DNA of 36,043 nucleotides from Mitosporidium daphniae (Eukaryota): NCBI RefSeq assembly GCF_000760515.2, contig NW_013546345.1, positions 1 to 36,043 of the forward strand, read 5' to 3'. Shown piece by piece: positions 22,132 to 32,166 of this stretch (position 1 is its first letter; each line of letters starts with the position of its first letter). The notes under the pieces were generated by a model. It saw only the letters and a program-made list of their open reading frames with translations, ran no database searches and was not told where the DNA came from. The position numbers and the translations under genes were made by a program.

Positions 22132-22463
22132 TAATACATTTATGACTCATTAGCATGCCGTCCGATTTACCTGCTTCCGGCCCCTTGTTTGATTGATTTT
22201 TGCATTGATCTGGTGATGTGCATGCTAATTGGCCAAGATGGCCGATTAGATTGCTGAAGACCTCATTAATGTTACAATGTAATGCAACTCACACATTGTG
22301 ATGAGTTTTCAAATTAATCACTCAAATTAGGGTTTGGTTACCAGCCACAATTCATCCCGCCAATGAGAGCTCGACTGGTCAGCTACTGAACAATACTTTG
22401 ACCCATTCTTTTATATTTTACCAAAAGACAAATAAGAGGACCTGCCTTTCTTCTTCTTATTCA

Positions 22464-24183
22464 ATGTCAAGCAACCCACAACCAGCAGTAGCCGATCCTT
22501 TGGTACCTTCCTCGGCTAAGGGAGAATCCCCAGCGCGCCCTCCCAAGCCACTGGGAAAGCCCCTCAATCCCGATACACTCCAGCCTCATAAGGCAATGGT
22601 TCCTGTCCATCCCAATGATGCGGGATCAGATGCACAGCAGTATTCCTCATCTAGACCCTCTGTGGTCGGGCAGCATTTTCGAGTTGGCAAGAAAATCGGT
22701 GAAGGATCCTTTGGGACCATTTATGAAGGTAACCATGCATCACTACGGAACTATTGGCTTCATTCAACCTTAAAATTGAAACTAATTTTTAGGATTCAAC
22801 ATCATTGACAGTTATGCGGTGGCAATAAAATTTGAGCCCAGAAAAAGCGAGGCTCCTCAATTAAGAGACGAGTACAAATCTTACAAGATCCTTGCGGGAA
22901 CGGGTATTGATGGCGTTTTGATTGTTTTAGAAGGAATACCCAGGGTTTTCTATTATGGACAAGAGGGAACCTACAATTGTCTTGTGATGGAGCTTCTTGG
23001 ACATTCTCTTGAGTATCTGTTTGACTGCTGTTCTAGACATTTTACAATCCAGTCGGTTGCATTGCTGGCAATTCAAATGGTGCGACCTTTTTCTTACTTT
23101 AGATCACACGAGTGCAATCTATTCATGAGCATAACCTCATTTACCGGGACATCAAGCCAGACAACTTTCTTATCGGGAGGAAGGATAAATCGCACATCAT
23201 TTACATTGTCGATTTTGGGATGGCAAAGCATTATCGAGACCCAAAGACCCGAGTCCACATTCCATATAGAGAACGAAAAAGCCTTTCTGGAACGGCCAGA
23301 TATATGTCCATCAACACACATCTTGGCAGGGAGCAGAGCAGAAGAGATGATCTGGAGGCATTAGGAAATGTTCTACTCTATTTTCTCAGGGGGTCGCTTC
23401 CATGGCAAGGCCTTAAAGCACCTACCAACAAATTAAAGTATGAGAAAATCGGGGAGAAAAAGCAACAAGTATCCATTCTCGAGCTGTGCCTGAGATTTCC
23501 AGAAGAATTTTCAGCCTATATTTACTACGTTAGGAAGCTCGGGTTTGAAGATACTCCCGATTATGGATACTTGAAGGGCTTGTTCATTGACCTTGCGTCT
23601 CGTCTTGAGGTCCAGAATCCCTTTGTTTTTGATTGGACCCTCTCTGCTTCATCAAGCTTTGTCGTTGCCGAAGCGGCCGCATCTATCGGATACTCTACCC
23701 GGCTGGGGATATTTAGTGCTACTGGCCAGGCTATACGTAGATTGAAGCCTGGAGGTAAAAAGGGAAACTTTTTCAATTTTTGTAGATTCTCAACTACTTC
23801 TAAATAGCTCTTTTGATCAGAAAAACGAGAATTTATCGGCCGAAGCGAGGAAAGCCTCTACGGCTTCCATGCAGCCTGCTCTTCCCTCTTCGCTGTATGC
23901 GACAGGCGAATCCGGTGGAACTCCGGCCACCAAGAGTGAGCCACAAAGCGAAACCGACCACACCCAACCAAAGTCTTCTGTTGTTTTGTTTGCAGGATAT
24001 CGGCAACAGGAGGGCAGGGAAAAAGAGGCCGAACGAAAAGCAGACGAAGAGGGCATCTCATCAAAGCCCTTCAAACGCAAAAAAAGGGGCTTTTTTTACC
24101 AGCTATTTTCTTCTGTTTGGTGTTGCTTTCATTCCCCTTCATTTCATAGAAGTACATATAAATTTGATAAATTTACTGCTTAG
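22464..24183 (+). CDS. YCK2: Casein kinase I, Yck/Cki/CK1-gamma type; exons 22464-22728, 22793-22903, 22931-23079, 23103-23754, 23786-24183
   Basis: [70 protein letters not shown]-terminal basic GFF..WCC palmitoylation-type motif. Introns of 64, 27, 23 and 31 nt. Confidence 0.92.
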
Positions 24184-24306
24184 ACTGATGAGGGGGACCA
24201 TGCTTGAATATGCTCTTTTTCTACCATCTCTCATAAGGCGCCCACATTCACTGTAAATTTAATATATCTTGGCTTGGTAGAGCAACCAATAAAATTATAT
24301 TTATAA

Positions 24307-25491
24307 TTAAGATCCACGCTCTGCAGCTTCCTTTCTCCGACCGAGAAGGTATGAGTCTATCAAAATAATACAGAAGAAAGCCAATCCAAAATACGAAGAC
24401 AGCGAAAACATCTTCCAGCAGCTCGCTGGGGATGAATAATTGGCCCAATTTACTTGCCAGAGAAGAAAAGGGAGCAGTCCGCCATTTAGAAGGCCAAAAT
24501 AAACAAGCGATTGGCCATTGATCCAGCCAGCGATGTTGAATGAAAATATTGCCAAGGCAGAGAAAAGGGACAGCACTTTCGTTGGATTGGGCCCAAACTT
24601 GATGGCAGTTGATTTGACGCCAATTTTTACGTCGTCTTTGAGATCTTGGTATGCATAGATTGTATCATAAACCAATGTCCAGAGAATCCCGCCAAAGTAT
24701 AAAGGCAACATCGTTGGCAACATCGGATACAGCGCAGAAATTGAAAGTGGATCGGCCACGCACGCCAAAGGCAGCAAAACTGCAGGGTAGCCGACCAGAG
24801 CCCCCCAATTGAATGCAACGCCCAACATTAGCTGTGGATAATAAGTAATCCTCTTCATGAGTGGATAAATTATACATGGAAGAACAGCTGCAAATGAGAT
24901 AGCTGCTGCTAGAGGTGGCAACTGGGAAAGAATTCCCAATCCTCCAACGCATAGGACCCCCATAAATTTATATGCAGTAGCAATGGAAAGAGTTCCCGCA
25001 GCTAATGGGCGACCGGAGGTTCTCTCAACAAGCGAATCTATCTTACGGTCGTATATATCATTAAGGACACACCCAGCCGTTCTCATAAACACCGATCCGA
25101 AAAGGAACATTACTAAAAGCTTGGGATTGCAAAACACCAGTGTCGGTGTGGTTGAAAGCATCGAGTACGAGCCGAATTGAGTGCTCCAAGCGCAAGGAAG
25201 ATACAGCAGCCAAATCCCGGTAGGTTTAGTTATTCTTGACAAGTGCACCAAATTCGCCCACATTTTATTGTCCCGAGATGCGGAACTGTCCATCAATGGC
25301 TTCCGGGTTTCAGATGGAAAATTGACGGTTGAATATGCAGCATTCGCCTTATTGGCCACTAAATGGTGGGTGCGGTTGATTTTCGGAATTCTGGTCAAAT
25401 TGCTTGCATTATGCCACATTTTTTTTTGGGGGGCAAAATTTCTTCTCATGCCAAGGAAGGCCAAAGCATTGAATGAAAGAAGACACTGCAT
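24307..25491 (-). CDS. COQ2: 4-hydroxybenzoate polyprenyltransferase (UbiA family), mitochondrial
   Basis: RITKPTGIWLLYLPCAWS, MRTAGCVLNDIYDRKIDSLVERT..RPLAAG, YPLMKRIT, YDTIYAYQD..DD.KIGVKSTA. Basic N-terminal presequence. Start may be 25491 or 25449. Confidence 0.94.
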   Translation of the reverse strand: MQCLLSFNALAFLGMRRNFAPQKKMWHNASNLTRIPKINRTHHLVANKANAAYSTVNFPSETRKPLMDSSASRDNKMWANLVHLSRITKPTGIWLLYLPCAWSTQFGSYSMLSTTPTLVFCNPKLLVMFLFGSVFMRTAGCVLNDIYDRKIDSLVERTSGRPLAAGTLSIATAYKFMGVLCVGGLGILSQLPPLAAAISFAAVLPCIIYPLMKRITYYPQLMLGVAFNWGALVGYPAVLLPLACVADPLSISALYPMLPTMLPLYFGGILWTLVYDTIYAYQDLKDDVKIGVKSTAIKFGPNPTKVLSLFSALAIFSFNIAGWINGQSLVYFGLLNGGLLPFLLWQVNWANYSSPASCWKMFSLSSYFGLAFFCIILIDSYLLGRRKEAAERGS

Positions 25492-25623
25492 TGTGAAAAA
25501 CAGCAATAATGGCTGGAAATTGCATTAAATTACAAGTTTACAATTTGATGAGAATGGCCCCATTTCATTTTATCTAAATTTGAAAGTTTCATTTGCTTTC
25601 GTTTGCCCTTTTGACGTTATCAA

Positions 25624-27856
25624 ATGGATACCAACAAAGACGAATGCGATGTTTATGGCGAACCGTCATCAATTTCAAGCTATGACGATAACCTATATTG
25701 GGAAGATATCCCCGATGCCTTGGGTGAAGACAAGCCGTCATCGTCGTTTTGGAGCAGTCCCCCAGAGACGTCCAAAGACTGGTATTCAAATGACTCTTCC
25801 GACGAGTATTCGGGCGATCAGCTGCAAAAGCCCTATGCCATCATTTCACAATGTATGCTCCATCCGCTTATTGTAGACGACCAAGAAGGCATGTCTTCTA
25901 CCCCTTTGAGAGACGATGACGATGATGATGATGTTATTGATGACTCCTCGATATCTGGGGCCGATTGCAAAATATACACAGAATCGATATCGTATTTTGA
26001 AAAATTTATCAAATATATGGACAGCGATGTGTTTTTGAACAAGTAGCCATCAATTGTTACACGCTTACTTTTAGGTTGTATTTGGCAAAAAATCTGATTC
26101 CCCTCGCCAAGGAGCTGCAAAAGGAGGAAGATATTTTGCTTGTGCTTTCACACATTGACACGTTTTATATGGACTCTTCGGAGCTTATCAGACTGGAGTC
26201 GGTTTCGCATCTGTACGAATTTGGGGTGATCATCCTAAGGAAAGCCATTTCTCTCTCTAATGCCAACAGCCACAATGACATCATCGCTGCGATTGTGCAA
26301 ACCATATTTCCTCTAGGCCTTAATTTATTTTTGGACACATCTGATATTATTGTGGAGTGCGCCTGTGAAAACGTTTCGCTGCTGCTGCTTCAGTTTGACC
26401 TGAATTTGTTCTCGACATACCTGATGCCGCTCATTGATGAACTGTCGATCTCCATACATGAGGAGAACCTACTTGTAGCCTCGAAATTGATAGGCAATGT
26501 GTGCAAGCAATTTAAATTGAAAAAAAGTGAGGGAAAATCCTTTTTTTTGGACGTTGTTGAGGAAAAATTCATCCCAGTCATAAGGTCCTTTTCCACAAAG
26601 GCCTTCAAGGTCAGGGAGTCTGTGATTGAGACGATCTGTCAGCTTGCATCCATCATGGCTCCCGATAAAGCCGAACAAGACCTTTTGTTTATCTTTTCTC
26701 GCTTGTGCGATGACTCTTTGTGGAATGTTCGAAAATCTGCTGCAATCCATCTGCCAGCCTTTTCTTCCGTCCTAGGCAAGGAGTGCAAGATAAACAACAT
26801 CCTTCCAATTGTCCAAAGTCTGCTTAATGATGTTTCTAGACTCGTTCGCATGGCTATAAATAATAATCTTGGCCCGCTGATTTATTCGTTCCGCAACTGT
26901 GGAGCTATTCCAGAGCCCTTGATTTCTGCCTTTGTTGATTGTATCCCGGTCCCTGGATTTAACTCCTCGTCATTTAGAGGGGCCGAAACGGATACCATTG
27001 CTATCTCGTGTGCTTTCAACCTTCCAGCGGTTGTCTTTTCAATCGGCCCCGAAAATTGGAACCGCTATTTGAAAGGGCCATTTTCTTCGCTTGCAAAGCA
27101 CTGCGATTGGAGGATTAGGCGTCCCATTTCTTTTGCGCTCTATGAGATCGCAAAATTGCTGCCACCCTCCTCAATTACAGAAGACATTGTTCCAATTTTT
27201 TCAATCTACATCAATGACATTGATCAAGTAAAGCTTGGCGTTCTTCAAAATTTGTCCAATCTTTTTTCGATATTCACCTATGCCCAGTCGAAGCCTTTTC
27301 TTTCCAACCTTATTTTGCTAGTTGAAGATTCGGGGATAAACTGGAAATACAGAGCCTTCATTGCAAGGTATGGTCACCTTGAATTGATCTTTTAGCCAAT
27401 TGGGACGGTTTCTTCATATATTTCATTATTCGGAAATATATTCTTTCTTTTTGCCATTGTTTACTAGATTTTCGATAGACAAAATTTCGGCAGTCCGCAT
27501 CGCCGTAGCGGATTCAGTATGCCACACAATTTTAACCGCCATAGACTGCGTCTTTTATTTCATATTTCATTGCAAACAACTTGGACGATAATCTTGAGGC
27601 CTTTTTCAGGGCCATTGCCTTCATGGCCAAAGATAACAGATATCAGGTCAGAATTCAGTTTGCGAAAATCGCTTCAAAAATGGTGGAGCATCCGCTTTGG
27701 TCAAATGCCACTTTTAGAATGTATTTTATAAAAGAATGGCTGGAAAGTCTCCGAGGCCTTCAGAGCGACCCGGTCAAGAATGTCCAGCTATTTTACGAGA
27801 ATACTCTTAAAGAGAAAATTTGCAATTTTCAGACAGAACCCCTTTGCCCCAAGTAG
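25624..27856 (+). CDS. PPP4R1: HEAT-repeat phosphatase regulatory subunit, PP4R1-like; exons 25624-26042, 26075-27367, 27396-27516, 27545-27856
   Basis: HEAT repeats (DSLWNVRKS, DVSRLVR, NWKYR, DKISAVR) and the PP4R1-type segment CAFNLPAVVFSIGPENW..L....LA....WRIRRPISFALYEIA. Introns of 32, 28 and 28 nt. Confidence 0.8.
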
Positions 27857-27991
27857 ACGATTCCTATTCTGTAGATAAGTTCGTAATTAAACTTATAGTT
27901 AAACATTGACCAAAATTTAGCATGTTTTGTTCCTGTTGTGAGCTGGTATAAAATAATATATATTTATATTAAAATATCTTCTCAGTCCAAT

Positions 27992-28110
27992 ATCTACGGC
28001 CATACACACTGGAAAACACCGGGTCTCGTCCGATCCCCGAAGTCAAGCCAGTGCTGGCGCAGTCAGTACTATGATGGGTGACCGCATGGGAATACTGCGT
28101 GCTGTAGGTT
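27992..28110 (+). rRNA. 5S ribosomal RNA (dispersed copy)
   Basis: atctacggccatac...ctcgtccgatc..cgaagtcaagc..agtactatgatgggtgaccgcatgggaatac..gtgctgtaggt. About 119 nt, with pairing termini. Confidence 0.95.
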
Positions 28111-28115
28111 CTGTC

Positions 28116-28120
28116 TTTTT
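28116..28120 (+). terminator. RNA Pol III oligo-T terminator of the 5S gene
   Basis: TTTTT a few nt after the 5S 3' end. Confidence 0.7.
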
Positions 28121-28155
28121 GTGTTTATATATTAACATCCATGCAAATTACGCTT

Positions 28156-28452
28156 TTATTGCTTTTCAACATCACCAAAATCCTTCTCGATCGCCGCATC
28201 ATTGAAAAGTATAGGTCTTGGCGCACAATATGCACGGGGACACGTAAAGCATGTTCTTTTGCTAATCCTACAAACATATCCCCTTATGCAAAATAGATTG
28301 CAGGCCACGATTGTTGGGCAAATAACACAAAAGCGGGATTGAAAGCCAGGCACTTGAGCGAAACTATGCTGTGAAACTGGAATTGACCAATAACAGTTTA
28401 AAAGTGCCGTTAGATAGATGCACAACACAGCCAGGCAAAGATGGATTTTCAT
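28156..28452 (-). CDS. Small secreted 8-Cys protein (CRP-C), 98 aa
   Basis: Signal peptide MKIHLCLAVLCIYLTALLNC. CVICPTIVACNLFCIRGYVCRISKRTCFTCPRAYC shares Cys spacing and the GYxC/RxCFxC motifs with CRP-A and CRP-B. Confidence 0.83.
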   Translation of the reverse strand: MKIHLCLAVLCIYLTALLNCYWSIPVSQHSFAQVPGFQSRFCVICPTIVACNLFCIRGYVCRISKRTCFTCPRAYCAPRPILFNDAAIEKDFGDVEKQ

Positions 28453-28525
28453 TCTTGTCTCTGCTTATTGTGTCGCCATTTATGCCCTGTTTACTGACAT
28501 AACAGAGTTTACTTCAATAAATAAG

Positions 28526-28785
28526 CTATTTATTGGTATGTTTTTCTGGAGGAGTGATATAAATCCCTTGTTCCTGCAGGGTTTTATCCATGTTTTTTTG
28601 GCGAAGGGCCACCTAATATAATGAACGGTTGATCGTACGGTGAGACAGGTTTTATATTCATTGAAAAGCGAATCGCACGATGGGATATTTGGCCGCCGCT
28701 TCAGAAAAGATTCGCTGTACCAGTAGTTGAAGCATTTTTCATATTCCCTTTTTTTTTCGGAGCATTGAGGGGCCAAGCTATCCAT
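28526..28785 (-). CDS. MDM35: Mitochondrial intermembrane-space twin-Cys protein Mdm35/TRIAP1; exons 28785-28639, 28612-28526
   Basis: MDSLAPQCSEKKREYEKCFNYWYSESFLK...CDSLFNEYKTCL. A 26-nt intron gives the VALRQKNMDK tail. Confidence 0.9.
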
Positions 28786-28833
28786 CAATATGGAACGAGT
28801 GTCTTGGAAATTAAATTTTTATTTTTATTTGAA

Positions 28834-30681
28834 ATGGTCAATTTCAACGCCGACATGGATGGCGCAAAAGAGCCCGGGTTGTCTGCCTCTATTGCAGATG
28901 AGGAGTGTTTCGGATCAATTGCAATTATTAGGAAAAACAAAGACACCGAAATATTCAAAATGCGTGAGCCAATGTGCATTATTGGAAGGTACAATTTAGC
29001 CTTTGCTTTCTTCTAATAGGGGTCCACAGTCTCATATTGTCATTAAAAAATCGATTGTGTCCCTCAAGCATGCCGTTATTACCACTTCCTCCGACAAGAG
29101 CAGTGCTCATATACAGAATGTTGGTGGAAACGGCTTGTATTTGAATAACATTTTTGTTCCAAAGATCGATCCCTCGACAAACGCTGCCACGGAGCCCCTT
29201 CCGCTCAAATCTGGCGATGTTTTTCACATATTCGGTACGAACGCTTTTATTTATCCTTGCTTGTAGGGCAAAAGTTTGAATTTAATCTTGATCCAGTCTC
29301 AGTCTCAGTCTCAGTCTCAGTCTCNGTCCCGGTCCCGGCCCCATTATCACCATCTTCAACCGTAACAAGGCTGAACACACCAAAGCGAAAAAATCCGCAA
29401 GATGGCAGCGATCAGATGGCTAGTGTTTCATCTCCAAGACGTGTAACTTTTGTTGATGAGATTTTATCTCCCCATGCCGACTCGATAAAGCCCAAAGATA
29501 TCCCGATTACCCAACAAAAGGCCCAAACTGAGCATGCTAATGAGGACCTGGTTTCTGGCCTCGCCTCGGAGCATTCTGATGGCACTGGAAGCGAGGTTTC
29601 TCAGCAAAATGGCATCACTAGTAATGGTGGTTCTGAGCATCATGCCGAAGGCTTTTCATTGGGCATTTCACAAGAACAAAAAGACGAATCTATCCTCGCA
29701 TCTGTCTTCTCAGACATAAAGGAGCCATCTTTAAGCTCCAATTTGGCCCCAAATCTTTCTCCTCTAATAGTGATAGAGAGGGCTATCAACGACCACACAA
29801 GCGATATTCAAATTGCCGATGATGGGCCTGTTGATACAAATGACCCCAATTCTTTCCAACACCGCAAAGTGCTGCCTCCAAACAAAAGTGATCATTCTCA
29901 ACTTTCTACGACAAATCCAGATTCTATTCTTGGAACTGATCAATCAATATCAGTTGTATCAGCTTCCATTCAGCTTCCTAAAGAAGATAAATTATCTTCA
30001 AGCTCGTCTGTGCAAGATATTCTATTACCAGTGATAATTGATCTTCCCCAAATGAATTGCAACATTGATGATGGACAGGTAAGTGCAAACGACAATTTGC
30101 CATCTGAGGATCGGAAAAAGTCCATCGAAACTGAGCCAGATGGCATTTCTTTTCAACATACTGGGCAGATCGTAACTGGGCTTTTAGAGACATTATCACC
30201 TCGACGATCCGAAAGGTTGACCAAACAAACGGACCTTAAGGGCCCTGGCTTTTCGTCACCTATGCCACAAAAACAACCTGAGAAGCTTTTGGCAATTGGT
30301 CATGATGTGGAAAATAACAACATATTTTCCTCAACGGAAGCTAATGGCGTTTTTACTTTAAAGACGAGAAGGCAACTTAAACGGCCTTTTTCTGATAAGG
30401 AAAATATCCCTGAAAACAGGATCGGAATTTCAAACAAAAACAATATCAACCATCAGCTCGAACTTTCCAAAGACATCTCTTTCATGAATAGCCATCAGCT
30501 CCTGTTGGAAGATAGGGTCCAGCATGTCATGTCAGAGCCGGATTTGCTATCAACTGGATGTAGCACGCCAATTTCTGATAAAACAGCCCCAAACAAGCAT
30601 TCGAGCGCAAGAACTCCTAGAAGTGCTATTTCTGTTCGCAAGTCTACACGAATAGCAGAAAAAGTTACACAAATTAAATAA
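28834..30681 (+). CDS. FHA-domain protein with RVxF motif and long disordered tail (Ki-67-like architecture); exons 28834-28988, 29020-29234, 29267-30681
   Basis: Spliced FHA CIIGR|GPQSHIVIKKSIVSLKHAVI...NGLYLN...LKSGDVFHIF|GQKFEF. Also RRVTF, KEN and several S/TP sites. Introns of 31 and 32 nt. Confidence 0.8.
29294..29340. repeat. Hexanucleotide microsatellite (CAGTCT)n degenerating to (CGGTCC)n; encodes VSVSVSVS-VPVP
   Basis: cagtctcagtctcagtctcagtctcagtctcngtcccggtcccggcc. Confidence 0.85.
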
Positions 30682-30835
30682 TTGTCGATTACATCGAATT
30701 TCTAGCGCTCGTTTTGCACGTAAAAGAACTCGTGTTGTGATTTATTTCTATTTGACTATATGTACATAACAATCGCTTTTAGTTGGAGCTCCATAACTAT
30801 ACTGGGGAGCTTTGATATTGCGTTGGCTGCACAAG

Positions 30836-31615
30836 TTATGGCGAAAGAGACCTTGGTAGGATATAACTGAGTCTTGAGCTGAGAGATGGATACCTAAAGA
30901 GGAGAAAAATTATTGAAGTAAAAGAGTATCTTGGTGGAGGGATTATATTGTCTATGGAATGGGAGAGGATTTTCCCGTCTTTATCAAACGTAAAGTACGA
31001 ATATCCATTTACGATATGCTCCTGAGGAGGGCCCTTAGAGAAAAAGCGCTCTGGATACACGCCCTCTTCAAATCTTTTTTTAAAGTCCTTGAATGAGTGG
31101 TCATTGTGTGCATTGAGGAATTTCATACACAAATACAATCTTCTAGTGAGAGGATACATTATCACAAAAGACATGAAGGTAGGTGGATACCGGATAATTT
31201 TCATCTTCCATTGGATGGTAAGCAAATTGGACTCTTTAATAGCTGACTTGTCCGGGAAATTAACTATTTGAACATCAATTTTCGATTGTGTACATCGGCG
31301 ATTTCGATTGGAAGGTGTATTTTGATCAATTCCACACCAGAGCTTTGCAATGCTTAGATTTAGAAAAGAAAAAAAGCTTCTATAGGAGGAGAGGCCGTAT
31401 ATTCGCACGTTAAGTGGCTTGATTGATAGCAAAACATTTTCTTTGTAGTTTTCTGCGCTTGTCGAAAGATGGTGAGATGCGTTGAAGAAATTGAGAACAT
31501 CTGCTTGAGCGGCCAATATTGACTTGCCCAGCTGTATGTCTCGGGCCGGTGGGGACGGCTTGCCCAGCGATGTGAAGAGTCTGGATCGAGTAAAAGAAAA
31601 AACCTCAAATGTCAT
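30836..31615 (-). CDS. Hypothetical protein, probable DUF2358/C6orf136-like NTF2-type fold, possibly mitochondrial
   Basis: 259-aa ORF. Y..NV, LTIQWKM and GYSYFTFDKDGKILSHSIDNIIPPP resemble that family. Arg/Ser/Phe-rich N-terminus. Confidence 0.6.
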   Translation of the reverse strand: MTFEVFSFTRSRLFTSLGKPSPPARDIQLGKSILAAQADVLNFFNASHHLSTSAENYKENVLLSIKPLNVRIYGLSSYRSFFSFLNLSIAKLWCGIDQNTPSNRNRRCTQSKIDVQIVNFPDKSAIKESNLLTIQWKMKIIRYPPTFMSFVIMYPLTRRLYLCMKFLNAHNDHSFKDFKKRFEEGVYPERFFSKGPPQEHIVNGYSYFTFDKDGKILSHSIDNIIPPPRYSFTSIIFLLFRYPSLSSRLSYILPRSLSP

Positions 31616-31714
31616 GGAAATTGATAATTAACAAGTTTAATTCCCAATAAATAGTGAAATCTTTCGCATTTGCAGTTTATAACCAGGCTAATGGACATTA
31701 ATTTTTAGTTTCAC

Positions 31715-32166
31715 ATGAAGCTTGTCCGGTAAGTGGTCCACCTGCAGTTTGTTTTTTCATCCATCGCATGGATTCTAGATTTTCTTCCCTTTCAAGCTCC
31801 CAATGTTAATTTTAGGTTCTTAATGAAGCTCAGCAACGAGACGGTCACCATTGAGCTGAAAAACGGGACTCTTGTTCATGGCACCATCACTGGACTCGAC
31901 ATTCATATGAACACACATCTCAAGACAGTCAAGGTTACAGTGAAGGGCAGGGATCCTGTCTCCGTAGATACGATGAGCGTCAGAGGAAGCACCATTCGGC
32001 ACTACATTCTCCCAGATGCGCTTCCATTGGACAATTTGCTAATCGACGATACTCCAAAGAGCGTTTCTAAGCGCAAAGAACCAGGTAAACTCCAAAACAT
32101 CTTATTTGCATAGTCGCCATCAGAGGCCGTGGACGAGGCAGAGGCCGTGGGCGGGGTCGCGCATAA
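31715..32166 (+). CDS. SMD1: Small nuclear ribonucleoprotein Sm D1; exons 31715-31728, 31816-32084, 32114-32166
   Basis: [27 protein letters not shown]...MNTHLK...[17 protein letters not shown] and an RG-repeat tail. Introns of 87 and 29 nt. Confidence 0.96.
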
